64,000 nucleotides of DNA from a virus. The notes below the pieces were generated by a model that saw only the letters and a list, made by a program, of their open reading frames with translations, searched no databases and had not been told where the DNA came from. The translations under genes were made by a program, and so were the position numbers. The stretch is taken from the IMG/VR virus record IMGVR_UViG_3300028840_003851. One strand, given 5' to 3'. The first letter of the stretch is position 1. Every line of letters starts with the position of its first letter. Positions 51,154 to 60,452 of the stretch are shown one piece after another.

Positions 51154-54100
51154 CTATATAGGAGACTCAGGGGTCGGGTCCTCTACGTCAGAGATGTCGA
51201 ACTCGAAGTCCTGCTCCTCATACTCGGCAAGTATGGACTGCTTATCTATCACACCCCTTCGCACCTTGCGCAGCGGGAGGTCAATACGACTAACATCCCT
51301 AATCTGCTCCAACATATATCCGGAGTAGCTGACAGATGAGGTGGACATCCCGAAGAATGTAGAGAACCTTCCCTGTAGAAGCACATCAACAGCCCTGTCC
51401 GCTCCCTTCTCTATGAAGCTTGCAACTAGAGTGTCAACCGATGGGACGACAGAGCAGCTATATGACTCCAGTATCTGCATCCCAAGAAGAGCTGCCGCAT
51501 ACAGCTGGTTTATGTAGTCATACGCCGTGCCTACTGCTACAGCACTAGGATTAGTGCTGTACACCAGAGGGTTCACAGCGGCATACATATTCTGAAAGTA
51601 TACGGGGTTGTTCTGGGACAGGGACAGCCAGCTTTCTGCCTGCTCTTTGAAGGTGTCGAACGTTTGACCCTGAGACCTTCTGATTCGGGCAAACGGTATC
51701 TGGATGTCGAGACCCATCGCGACTACACCCATGTCTGTAGATACCGGCGGGTCTACCTCTATTAGGTTCCTGCTCAGCTCCAGACCGACAATAGTGTGCG
51801 ATGAGCTGGGCGACAACGGGGATGTCAGGTACAGCTCAAACACGTCTCCGATAGATATCTCGCTAGATGTCCTTGGTATCTGTACGTAGGCCGTGGTCCC
51901 GCGCTCGTCTACCGGTGAGGAGAAGAACAGGCCCATTGCGGTGCTTGGGTTCGGTATAGGGTTTAGAAGAGAATCGTAGTAGAACCCATCTCCGTCCGTA
52001 ATCTGTAGTCTGGTGTCTGTCGTCTCGTCCGTGCTCGTAAATGTAACAGACCTGTAACCGAGCTCAGCGTTTTCTGCGAATACAGGCAAACCTCTGTAGG
52101 TCACTACCGGTATGGTGTTCTCTAAGGGGAGCTCAAACGGTATCTGCGTTCCCAAGAGCACGCCAGAGCGAACAACCCTGTACTCTCCATCAGCAAGACT
52201 ACCCTCAGACACTCTTAAGATGCAGTTATTGGGCGGTAGAAAGCTAGGACCTATCTCCACAAGAACGTCTGACACATCTGTAGGAGGCGCCGAGAAAGTG
52301 ACCTCCACGTACGTATCGCTTATGCCTGTTACTGGACCGAACTTGTTGACGTCTGCTGAGTCCGCTGCCTCCCTAAGAACTAGAACGTCACCGATGGACA
52401 CCCCTGAATCAGCGACGTTAGCTAGAGTCACTGTGGTTACCGCCCCAACCGTAGAGACGTCTGCGTTGCCCCTGACCTTGTAGAGTATATAGGTGAGAGA
52501 GGACGTAGTACTGGTTCTACCCTTTCCAGTGTAGATGTCCGCTGAGAACTCTGTGTCCAGCACTATCCTTGTATTGTTCCTAGGCGCTACTGCGGGAGTC
52601 TTGTTTACCTCTTCCGCAATCTCTAAGGCTGTTATCGGTCTAGAGTACGCCACCATCTCAGGGTAGAACCCTATAGACGTTAGTGCCGTTGTATAGTCGG
52701 TACCTGCTCCATCGTCCGTAGGAAGGCGTATGTACCAGTTAAACTCTAGAGCGTTGGAGTAGTGCGGCTCTGGGATGAACAGTCGTACTAGTCCTGGATA
52801 GGGACCTATATCAATGCGCACATCCGTATCCGTTACCGTAGGCCCGCCGTTAGTTATCACGGCCCATAGAACATTCCCGATAACGTTAATAATGGCGTAG
52901 GTGTACCTCTTGTTGCTGCCCGTACGGACAACCAAAACATCTGTGCCGGCTGTAACGCCTAACGCCGCAAAGTCTACACTAGCGTCGGCAGCTATACGGT
53001 CTATTCCTGGGAATACACCGTCAGCTACTATAGTAACCTCACCAGTCCACCTACTAGGATAGTAGTATACCTCTGCCTCAACGTATGGGTTAGCCCCCCA
53101 GGTAGCTACGCATGCGCTGTTTATAGCCTCTACCTGTGCGTACGCGGATGACGCTGGAGCGACATTTAACGTAACATCCACAGGGACGACTCCAGTTACC
53201 TCTATCCGGATAACATCGTCTGGGGCGGTTACGTTGTACGTCTCACTTAAAGCTCCGGATATCTGGGCCACGAAGCTCCCAGGGATGCTCAGTGTCGTTG
53301 TTAGCGAAGTATCGCTCTCTAGCTGCACATCTAGCTGGGTCTCCCCCGGCACGACTGGATATGGTCCGTGCTCGTCTGCTGTCTTACTCGCTGGTAGCGC
53401 AAGATGGTCGTTATCTGCGTACGGCTGGCTATCTCCCTCAATGTTTACAAATGAGGATACAGCCGGGAGGGAGCCGAAACCTCTGACCACCGCTCTAGCA
53501 GCAAGCACATCTAACGTAACGTCCTTGAGCCTCTCTAGCCTACCCTCCTTACCGAGAGCGTCCATCTCCTCTGCTGCAGTCCCTATGACACTCCTAGCAT
53601 TCGCTATTATTGATGAGGTCAGCGACGAGGCTAGCTGCAAGCTGCTGAAGTCGTCTATGCTTGCGCTGAGATACTGCATACCCTCAACTACCTCCTCGTA
53701 TGCGCTCTTTAAGGAGCTAATAAGTGCGGGGATGCGTACCCTGGCCTCCTCCGGAGTCTGAACAGCTTCTCCGTTCAAACGGATATTACCCCCAGTGTCC
53801 TCTAGGAACCTATCCGTGTTTGCTTTAAAACGTATGTACGCGGGGACATCCTCTATAGAGGAGAAAGATGTATCCCGGTTACTGGCGGCCGTTTCCAGAG
53901 CATAAAGGGCTGTGGAGGCGTTGAACAAGCTAGATAGGTTATCTATGGGTAGAGACCTCCTACCAGTTGCTGTTACAGCCTGTAGTAGCTCCTCTATTGA
54001 GCTCAATACAGAGCTAATAGCTGAGTACAGACGGTTGGCACCTAGAAGCACAACATAGTACGGCGCCGTAGGGCTTGTGACGAACACCCCGGCAGCGGCA

Positions 54101-54219
54101 TTCTGAATGTCGCTAAAGGTTACCGACAGCTCCCGATTGCCCCGTACTCCTACAGGTCTCCTGATGCTGCTTTGTACAAGCTTCTCAACGGCGTCTTGTA
54201 CCTCTTCCGGGGTGTACAT
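51154..54219 (-). CDS. Large virion/baseplate-associated protein (1021 aa)
   Basis: Helical N- and C-termini around a beta-rich core; upstream of the baseplate operon. Confidence 0.8.
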   Translation of the reverse strand: MYTPEEVQDAVEKLVQSSIRRPVGVRGNRELSVTFSDIQNAAAGVFVTSPTAPYYVVLLGANRLYSAISSVLSSIEELLQAVTATGRRSLPIDNLSSLFNASTALYALETAASNRDTSFSSIEDVPAYIRFKANTDRFLEDTGGNIRLNGEAVQTPEEARVRIPALISSLKSAYEEVVEGMQYLSASIDDFSSLQLASSLTSSIIANARSVIGTAAEEMDALGKEGRLERLKDVTLDVLAARAVVRGFGSLPAVSSFVNIEGDSQPYADNDHLALPASKTADEHGPYPVVPGETQLDVQLESDTSLTTTLSIPGSFVAQISGALSETYNVTAPDDVIRIEVTGVVPVDVTLNVAPASSAYAQVEAINSACVATWGANPYVEAEVYYYPSRWTGEVTIVADGVFPGIDRIAADASVDFAALGVTAGTDVLVVRTGSNKRYTYAIINVIGNVLWAVITNGGPTVTDTDVRIDIGPYPGLVRLFIPEPHYSNALEFNWYIRLPTDDGAGTDYTTALTSIGFYPEMVAYSRPITALEIAEEVNKTPAVAPRNNTRIVLDTEFSADIYTGKGRTSTTSSLTYILYKVRGNADVSTVGAVTTVTLANVADSGVSIGDVLVLREAADSADVNKFGPVTGISDTYVEVTFSAPPTDVSDVLVEIGPSFLPPNNCILRVSEGSLADGEYRVVRSGVLLGTQIPFELPLENTIPVVTYRGLPVFAENAELGYRSVTFTSTDETTDTRLQITDGDGFYYDSLLNPIPNPSTAMGLFFSSPVDERGTTAYVQIPRTSSEISIGDVFELYLTSPLSPSSSHTIVGLELSRNLIEVDPPVSTDMGVVAMGLDIQIPFARIRRSQGQTFDTFKEQAESWLSLSQNNPVYFQNMYAAVNPLVYSTNPSAVAVGTAYDYINQLYAAALLGMQILESYSCSVVPSVDTLVASFIEKGADRAVDVLLQGRFSTFFGMSTSSVSYSGYMLEQIRDVSRIDLPLRKVRRGVIDKQSILAEYEEQDFEFDISDVEDPTPESPI

Positions 54220-54220
54220 A

Positions 54221-54682
54221 CTACTGCAAGCTCATCCTAAGGTTGTTGCTCAGCGCCTCTCTAAGGAGAGCTATAGCCCTCATTAACGTGGGGTCCGCGC
54301 AGTTTCTAGAACCCTCTATCTTCCTGCAGTCCTCCTCAACCATCCTCATCGTCTCTACGTCCAAGCCCTCAGCTACCCTGCTGACCTCTTTTTCAAGTAT
54401 GCTTCTATCGTGCTGAGGCATACTACACAGCTGCTGCAGTATGCGAGCCGTGACCTCTGACGACAGAACAATCATCTCGTCGTCCGTTACTGCCTTCTTG
54501 CGCTCAGGTTTGTACCCAAGAAGGGCTACTCCGACAGAGCCTATGGTCACGGGCATCGAGATGCTTCTACCCTCTATCTCAAGCTCGTTAAGAGCTTTTG
54601 TCAGCTCCTTGCTCATAGTGTCGGCATCTACTGCGTGGCTTCCGCTACGTGCAAAAGGGATTACAACCGCCCTCCACTTCAT
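54221..54682 (-). CDS. Hypothetical protein
   Basis: GGAG RBS; 153 aa. Confidence 0.75.
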   Translation of the reverse strand: MKWRAVVIPFARSGSHAVDADTMSKELTKALNELEIEGRSISMPVTIGSVGVALLGYKPERKKAVTDDEMIVLSSEVTARILQQLCSMPQHDRSILEKEVSRVAEGLDVETMRMVEEDCRKIEGSRNCADPTLMRAIALLREALSNNLRMSLQ

Positions 54683-54686
54683 CAGC

Positions 54687-55439
54687 TCACTCTCCTCCTA
54701 ATGTTGTCGTCGCATAATGAGCCTCGTACTGGCTCATATACACGGTGTCACTCTGGTCAAGAACGTCCAAGGAGACATCAACAACCGCGTGCTGCTGAAC
54801 CTCCTCTCCTCCTCTCTTGCTTTTCTTACTCCTCCTTGTCTCAGCCGGTCTACCTACATGTAGAATAGCAGGAACATTAAGCTTACGTATACACTCCCTT
54901 ACATTATCAGGGTCCAGGTCTAACGCCTCACAGATAGCCAAGAAGCTCGTGATTGTGTTTCCGTCAACCTCCCTGGCCTCCCAATCAGGATGCCCTGGTC
55001 CCTCCTTAAATAGCCACTTGTACGCGTCTAGAGCTAGCTCCTTCTTGTCTAGCTTGCTGCTAGTTCTATAGAGAACCCAGTCGTGCGCAGCCCGCTTAAG
55101 AACCTCAACAAGCAAAGCTTTACATCTATGGCAGTTAACCTGTGCCATGCGAGAGCTCGGGTCCCACGGGGACTCAGCGTACGCATCCTCCTCCTCTTTC
55201 TCCTCTTTTGCCTCTTTCCTTGTATCCCTCTTACTCTCCTCCTTCTGGACACACGACGCCCCGTGTATGAGCAACCTAAGAGCCGCTCTAAGACGGGACA
55301 CCCTCTCGTCTATAAGCGCGTCTAGGTCAGAGCCGTTGTACAGGTCCTTCAGCCTGTAAAGCAGAAAAAGAGACACTGTAAGTGTCCCTACTGCAGCAAT
55401 GATAGCGTCATACTTGCTAGTGTACTGAGATAGCTCCAT
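54687..55439 (-). CDS. Hypothetical protein, possible regulator
   Basis: VLKRAAHDW...AYKWLF...SFLAICEALDLDPDNVRECI motif. Confidence 0.75.
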   Translation of the reverse strand: MELSQYTSKYDAIIAAVGTLTVSLFLLYRLKDLYNGSDLDALIDERVSRLRAALRLLIHGASCVQKEESKRDTRKEAKEEKEEEDAYAESPWDPSSRMAQVNCHRCKALLVEVLKRAAHDWVLYRTSSKLDKKELALDAYKWLFKEGPGHPDWEAREVDGNTITSFLAICEALDLDPDNVRECIRKLNVPAILHVGRPAETRRSKKSKRGGEEVQQHAVVDVSLDVLDQSDTVYMSQYEAHYATTTLGGE

Positions 55440-56313
55440 CTACAACCTCCACTGGCGTGTCTGGTATGCTGATGACAGAGGTATCTCTTCGCTCCGCTAC
55501 TACGCTTGCTTCTCCGGCACCCACGGCGGTAATGACCAGATTATCCCCGGACACTGCAACGGTAGCCACACCGGTATCTGAGCTGCTCCACAGAACGTCT
55601 GCAATAGCCGCCCCATCTAGCTCCCTGCCGTCTGTGGTTACAACCGTAGGGGTGACCTCGATTGAGTCCTCCACGTACAAGCTGTACGGTCCGGATGGGT
55701 CTAGCGTGACTGTCTTTACTCTCGGGAATAGCAGGTCTGGTAGGTTCACACTGGCTTGGTTCGGGACTGACACAGCTCTAAGGAGGTCCTCCCTATCTTG
55801 AATCATAGCGCAGTAGTTTCCGAAGCGTATGAGGTCTATCTGAGCAAACCCGTTGTCATCTGTTCTTATCGTTTGTCTCTCTGTTACGACCCCATCTCCG
55901 TCTAGCAGGATGGGGTCAAACCTTGCAATGAAATGAATGTCGAGGTTCCTCTTAGGAGAGCCAGACACGTCTCTGAAGAACCCTGACGCTCGACACAATC
56001 TTGGGTCAGAAGCTACAGGTACGGAGAGCACCTCGCAGTAGACGTTGAACACGTTGCTGCTAGGCACAGCCGGGGCGGGAGGCCCCACGACCTCCATAAG
56101 CTGAGGCTGCGTAAACTGTGTGTGCTGCTTGAAGAACCGCAGAGAGTAGCTTTGGGTGCTAAGGAGGAAGCTAGCCTTCCCGCTCTCGTCCGTCTCTCCC
56201 CTAGTGTAGAACAGAGCGCCATCGGTGCTGTACACGTGGACAACCGCACCAGCAATAGGAGCGTTATCTGGGGCGCTACTTAGGACGTAAACATCTACAG
56301 GCTCATACGACAT
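55417..56313 (-). CDS. Virion protein with transthyretin-like/carboxypeptidase-regulatory and Big_2 Ig domains
   Basis: PIAGAVVHVY...GETDESG; VLWSSSDTGVATV. Confidence 0.8.
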   Translation of the reverse strand: MSYEPVDVYVLSSAPDNAPIAGAVVHVYSTDGALFYTRGETDESGKASFLLSTQSYSLRFFKQHTQFTQPQLMEVVGPPAPAVPSSNVFNVYCEVLSVPVASDPRLCRASGFFRDVSGSPKRNLDIHFIARFDPILLDGDGVVTERQTIRTDDNGFAQIDLIRFGNYCAMIQDREDLLRAVSVPNQASVNLPDLLFPRVKTVTLDPSGPYSLYVEDSIEVTPTVVTTDGRELDGAAIADVLWSSSDTGVATVAVSGDNLVITAVGAGEASVVAERRDTSVISIPDTPVEVVDGAISVH

Positions 56314-56555
56314 CAGACGTACCTCATAAGAACTGTGTCACCGGCGGCGGGGACGTGCCTAAGCCTAAGCCGCTTCCCTAGCTTGTCCTCTATCTTGAGG
56401 CGCTTCCACCTGCTTATAAGATGTAGCTCCCCAAGGGGCTGTGCGGCTAAGTAGTGCTTAATAGAGAGACCCGTACACCGTAGAACGGCGGTGCCCCACA
56501 CACCCTTGTGCGGGAACACAAACCTAACTAGCCCTGCCTCAGCAGGGTCAATCAC
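56313..56555 (-). CDS. Small hypothetical protein
   Basis: Coupled to both neighbours. Confidence 0.55.
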   Translation of the reverse strand: MIDPAEAGLVRFVFPHKGVWGTAVLRCTGLSIKHYLAAQPLGELHLISRWKRLKIEDKLGKRLRLRHVPAAGDTVLMRYV

Positions 56556-57583
56556 AGAGACCGCCTCTCTGCATACACGATGTTAGGCACCTGCACCTTG
56601 AAAGCGTCATCGCCTGCTCCTACTGTTGGGTCTAGCAGGTTGAACCTCTTTATGCTTGTATCCGCAGGAACGACGATATCCCTGGTCAAAGGAGTTCCCT
56701 CTATAGCCACGGACACCTTCTGGCCACGAAGCAGCTGAAACTCTACGTGTCCCTCTGCATCCGAGCGCTCGATTAGGTCGCTACCGACCATCAAACGGTT
56801 GTCTACGATGGTGCTCGTGTGCTGCGCGAACACGCGCACCTCGTGACCAACAAGAGGTACTCCCCGGATGTCGATTAGGTCCAGCTCCCCGATGGCTAGC
56901 AGCTCGGAGTCTATCCCTACAACGTTCTCAGGTGAGAACGTATCAGAGAACCTGCTTACAGCCCCCGTCTGCGTGTTTCGGAACCTAGTTCTATAGAAGT
57001 ACTCGCTGGACCCTAGGATGTCGATGAACCGGTAGAGCTCCTGACTCTCCACCAAAGGCATCCAGGCATTGTGCCCGAAGTCCAGGCTCTCTGGCTCCTC
57101 GATAGACAGCCCAAGCAAGGAGGCTACCTCGCACTCCAACACACGAAGGGCCGCGCCTGTTCCCACCATGTTGGTCTGGATGGCTAGCACTCCTAGCTCG
57201 TCCACGTAGGCGCTAAGCTTTCCCAGGCTCTTGGATGTAATCTGAGACGCGACGTCTCCCAAGCTAAGGGGGTCTACCCCCGTAAGCAGAATCTCCAGGT
57301 CCTCATCCTCGTTGACACGAAGAGCCAGAGTTTGCCCCGTAACGTAAACAAGCCCACCGGCTACTGGGCTGGTGGGCGGGTCCTGCGCCGAACGGGGTAG
57401 CCTGGCGGACTTGTAAGCCTCGGCCGTGAGCTCCTCAAACATCCCCTGCGCAGTCTCTCTCGAGCGCCAAACCTCGAGAACATCGAACTGCCCAGAGAAG
57501 TCATCCGGAGATGCGATGATATCCAACGTCACGGACTGCGAGTCCGGAGATGCACTAACAGACGCGCCGAGGCTTACAGCCAT
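56552..57583 (-). CDS. Virion structural protein, partial paralog of the 55417 ORF
   Basis: AAGTAGG upstream; shared ..SD..G...+.L+R...+...R.+.VP module. Confidence 0.8.
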   Translation of the reverse strand: MAVSLGASVSASPDSQSVTLDIIASPDDFSGQFDVLEVWRSRETAQGMFEELTAEAYKSARLPRSAQDPPTSPVAGGLVYVTGQTLALRVNEDEDLEILLTGVDPLSLGDVASQITSKSLGKLSAYVDELGVLAIQTNMVGTGAALRVLECEVASLLGLSIEEPESLDFGHNAWMPLVESQELYRFIDILGSSEYFYRTRFRNTQTGAVSRFSDTFSPENVVGIDSELLAIGELDLIDIRGVPLVGHEVRVFAQHTSTIVDNRLMVGSDLIERSDAEGHVEFQLLRGQKVSVAIEGTPLTRDIVVPADTSIKRFNLLDPTVGAGDDAFKVQVPNIVYAERRSL

Positions 57584-57584
57584 C

Positions 57585-58007
57585 CTACTTCTCCTTAGCT
57601 CCTAGACCGGACACCAAACCCATCATCTTTGCCAGGTCCGGTATCTGGTCTTTGCGTACCACCTGTCCAGTTTCCTCCATGATGACGTGGGTGTCTAGGT
57701 CTATGCCGTGCTCCTTGGCAATCTCCTCCTTCATACGTGCGAGCTCCTCAAGCAGAGCTTTCTTCCTCTCCTCATGCTGTTGCGCAGCTTGCAGGGCAAT
57801 CTGATACCTAAGCCCCTCGATGAGAATCTTCTGGTGAAGATTCTGCGCCTGGAGCAGCTCCACCTGGGGGAGCATGGTGCCCTTAGTAGGTATACCTGCG
57901 ATGGTAAGCTTCTCTCGCACGGGGCAGTTGCTGCCCTCATCGGCCTTCTTTTTGGCTGCTTCCCGTCCCTCTCCTCTATCCCATGCGTCGCATCCCATGT
58001 CGCTCAT
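57585..58007 (-). CDS. Coiled-coil protein, paralog of the 15339 ORF
   Basis: Coiled coil followed by IAKEHGIDL. Confidence 0.7.
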   Translation of the reverse strand: MSDMGCDAWDRGEGREAAKKKADEGSNCPVREKLTIAGIPTKGTMLPQVELLQAQNLHQKILIEGLRYQIALQAAQQHEERKKALLEELARMKEEIAKEHGIDLDTHVIMEETGQVVRKDQIPDLAKMMGLVSGLGAKEK

Positions 58008-58013
58008 GATTCG

Positions 58014-58223
58014 TTACTCCTCTCTCAGAAAGTCCTCTATCTCGTCAGCCACAAGCGCCGTGGCGCTCGTCACAGTACCGTTAGCAAGCCTCTCGGAGCC
58101 CGTTCTACCCTGAAGTATCCTCTTGGATAGCGTAACCTTGTCGTCCAGCTCCTGCAGCCTCTTAGCCCTCCATGCCGTTGTCGCCGCTATCAGCTCCTGA
58201 ATTCTCTCCGCCTTGGTTGCCAT
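58014..58223 (-). CDS. Small helical protein
   Basis: AAGGAG RBS; MATKAERIQELI... Confidence 0.7.
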   Translation of the reverse strand: MATKAERIQELIAATTAWRAKRLQELDDKVTLSKRILQGRTGSERLANGTVTSATALVADEIEDFLREE

Positions 58224-58860
58224 CTAGCATCTCCTTTATAGGTCTGTAGCTTCTCCTATGAAGCTTACACACTCCAAGGCGCTCAAGCGCCTCCTTGTGC
58301 ATAGGAGTCCCGTACCCAACGTGCTTGCCGAACCCGTATCCAGGATACTCCCCGTCAAGCTCCTTCATGAGAAGGTCGCGATGAACCTTTGCCATGACGC
58401 TAGCCGCAGCTATCGCATGTGACTTTGTATCTCCCTTGGTGATGTAGGTAAAGGACCTATCCGCGTTCCTGGCAGGGTTACCGTCTACAAGAACTACTGC
58501 CTCTCCCAGCTCCTCCAGGCACGCGTACGCGGCCATGTGTATCGCCCCGCACAACGCGTTAGCAGCTCCAAGCCTATCTAACAGCCATGCAGGTATCTCT
58601 ACAATCTTACTGAACGTGCACAGCTGCTCCAGCACAGGAAGAACTGACATCCTTCTTTTGTGCGTCTTCAGCCTCTTAGAGTCTAGTATGTTCTCCTCTC
58701 CTAGATGCTCTGGCCACGCCATGTTAAGCGGGTACGCTGCGGCTGCCACCACAAGCGGACCTGCCCACGCTCCGTAACCAACCTCGTCTACTCCCACAAT
58801 GAACCTTTTATTAGCCCTCTTCACGAATGCCGGCACCCACCTTCTCGCTGCTCTTTTCAT
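58162..58860 (-). CDS. rnhB: Ribonuclease HII
   Basis: GVDEVGYGAWAGP, DSKRL, VLVDG, KGD..S..IAAASVMAKV.RD, YPGYGF.KH.GYGT. Confidence 0.95.
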   Translation of the reverse strand: MKRAARRWVPAFVKRANKRFIVGVDEVGYGAWAGPLVVAAAAYPLNMAWPEHLGEENILDSKRLKTHKRRMSVLPVLEQLCTFSKIVEIPAWLLDRLGAANALCGAIHMAAYACLEELGEAVVLVDGNPARNADRSFTYITKGDTKSHAIAAASVMAKVHRDLLMKELDGEYPGYGFGKHVGYGTPMHKEALERLGVCKLHRRSYRPIKEMLDGNQGGENSGADSGDNGMEG

Positions 58861-58894
58861 AGCTAGAAACAGAGACCCCCTATAGGGGGTCTCT
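58861..58894 (-). terminator. Perfect 24-bp palindrome/terminator abutting the rnhB start
   Basis: AGAGACCCCCTATAGGGGGTCTCT (58871-94), followed by GTTTCTAGCT-ATG on the minus strand. Confidence 0.7.
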
Positions 58895-58908
58895 CTACCT
58901 ACTTTCTA

Positions 58909-59181
58909 CTAGTCCTTCCTTCCTCGGTTTAGGTCCTCCGCCTCTCTACACGATATCTCTGTTTTGAGCTGCTCTATGACCTGACACAGCTCCTGAAACA
59001 GGGGGGTGTGCGACGTATCGCCTCTGCCAGAGACAAACAGATTACAAGGAGACCAACGGTCTACGCCCATGGCGTCCTTACCATCAGCTTCCTCTAGTAG
59101 ATAACGACCGTTATCTACTAGGTTACCCTCCACTACTACAACCCTGAACCGGGCCGTCTGTACTAGAACCTTTCTACTCAT
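58909..59181 (-). CDS. Hypothetical protein
   Basis: GGAGG RBS; overlaps the upstream stop. Confidence 0.7.
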   Translation of the reverse strand: MSRKVLVQTARFRVVVVEGNLVDNGRYLLEEADGKDAMGVDRWSPCNLFVSGRGDTSHTPLFQELCQVIEQLKTEISCREAEDLNRGRKD

Positions 59182-60388
59182 CCTCCACCTTTCCCAGCAG
59201 CTTCCCAGCTGCTAGCTGCAGGTCATGTGCCTTCTCCTGTAGCTCGTTCTCAGCCAACCATCCCACGGCATTAGCAAGCCACCATGCGTTAGCCTGTGGG
59301 TCACCGTCATCATCCTTGGATGGCGAAGGGAGCTCTTCCATGGGGGGCCCAGACAAGAGCTCTCTAACCCTCTCCCTCTCCTCCTTCAGCAGGGTCATAG
59401 CCTTAAGCATCTGGTCTGCCTTGTACCACGGTATCCTCTTCTCATGCGCGAACTGTATGAGCTCCAACGTATTCTTTATTGACGGGAGACTCAAGGCTCT
59501 TGGTACTAGGTCCCGTACCGCCTGACTCTGCGCCTCTACCTCAGCCTTCTTGAACTCCGCGGACGATTCAAGCTCTGTACATTGAAGAACAGAGCCGATG
59601 TGTCTGCGTGAGTAATCGTGCTCCAAGATAGATGTCGTACCTCCAAGAACAGAGAACGCGACAGTGCTTATAGAGAAAGCTCCCCTTCCGAAGTCAGAGT
59701 TCGTGAAGTTGACACCGATGGCTACAAAGCTCTTATCTACCGGCTCGAACACGTAAGGAAGGCAACAGGTAAGAGAGACCTTTAGGTCATCGTAGTAAGC
59801 GGCTACGGGGCCAGCTTTTACAGATTTGCAGCTCTCGATAAAAGCCCTTAGAAGAGCTCTTGTGTCGTACGTCACCCCGAACTTGTCAGATAGGAACGCT
59901 CTAATCTCCTCCTTGTCAGCTCCTTTCTCCTTTACCAGGCGCACGAGGAATCTCTTAATCCTCTTTCTGCTCTTACCTGTGGTGAAGGTCTCATGCTCAA
60001 ACAGCGTGTTGAGTACATGCGGTACCAGCTCTTGTCTCTCCAACTGACCACTTAGCATCCAGCGAATATCGCGCATGGACAGCTTGATGTCCGGCGGGTT
60101 GTTGGTCATCTGCTGTAACGCATTCTGATGCAAAATAGCATCGAACGTTTGCTTTGGCTCATCGGGGTTGCAGGCGACCAACCTCAGCTCCCCCTTATTT
60201 GGCGTAAGCTTCACCCGCAACGTGTGCGGCAGTGGCAGCTTGTTCGTTACAGTCCTGCCGCAGATAACCTCTAGCATCCTTATCTGCTTAGGGACTCCCT
60301 GCTCAACGAAGGAGTGCAACCTCCTCTTCATACTCTCTGCGCGCTTTCCCTCTGCCTCAATCTCTTCGATAGTCGTAATCGTGCTCAT
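59174..60388 (-). CDS. DUF932-like protein (start moved to MSTITT)
   Basis: HQNALQQM, RFLVRL, IRAFLSDKFG..YD, TNSDFGRGAF, RRHIG; GGAG 6 nt before ATG 60388. Confidence 0.75.
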   Translation of the reverse strand: MSTITTIEEIEAEGKRAESMKRRLHSFVEQGVPKQIRMLEVICGRTVTNKLPLPHTLRVKLTPNKGELRLVACNPDEPKQTFDAILHQNALQQMTNNPPDIKLSMRDIRWMLSGQLERQELVPHVLNTLFEHETFTTGKSRKRIKRFLVRLVKEKGADKEEIRAFLSDKFGVTYDTRALLRAFIESCKSVKAGPVAAYYDDLKVSLTCCLPYVFEPVDKSFVAIGVNFTNSDFGRGAFSISTVAFSVLGGTTSILEHDYSRRHIGSVLQCTELESSAEFKKAEVEAQSQAVRDLVPRALSLPSIKNTLELIQFAHEKRIPWYKADQMLKAMTLLKEERERVRELLSGPPMEELPSPSKDDDGDPQANAWWLANAVGWLAENELQEKAHDLQLAAGKLLGKVEDE

Positions 60389-60400
60389 CACTTTCTCCAT

Positions 60401-60433
60401 AAAAAAAAAAGGCGCCCGGTGTGGGCGCCTTTC
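60401..60433. terminator. Bidirectional-type intrinsic terminator
   Basis: A10-GGCGCCC-GGTGT-GGGCGCC-TTTC. Confidence 0.85.
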
Positions 60434-60452
60434 GTATACGCGTGCCTGCCTA

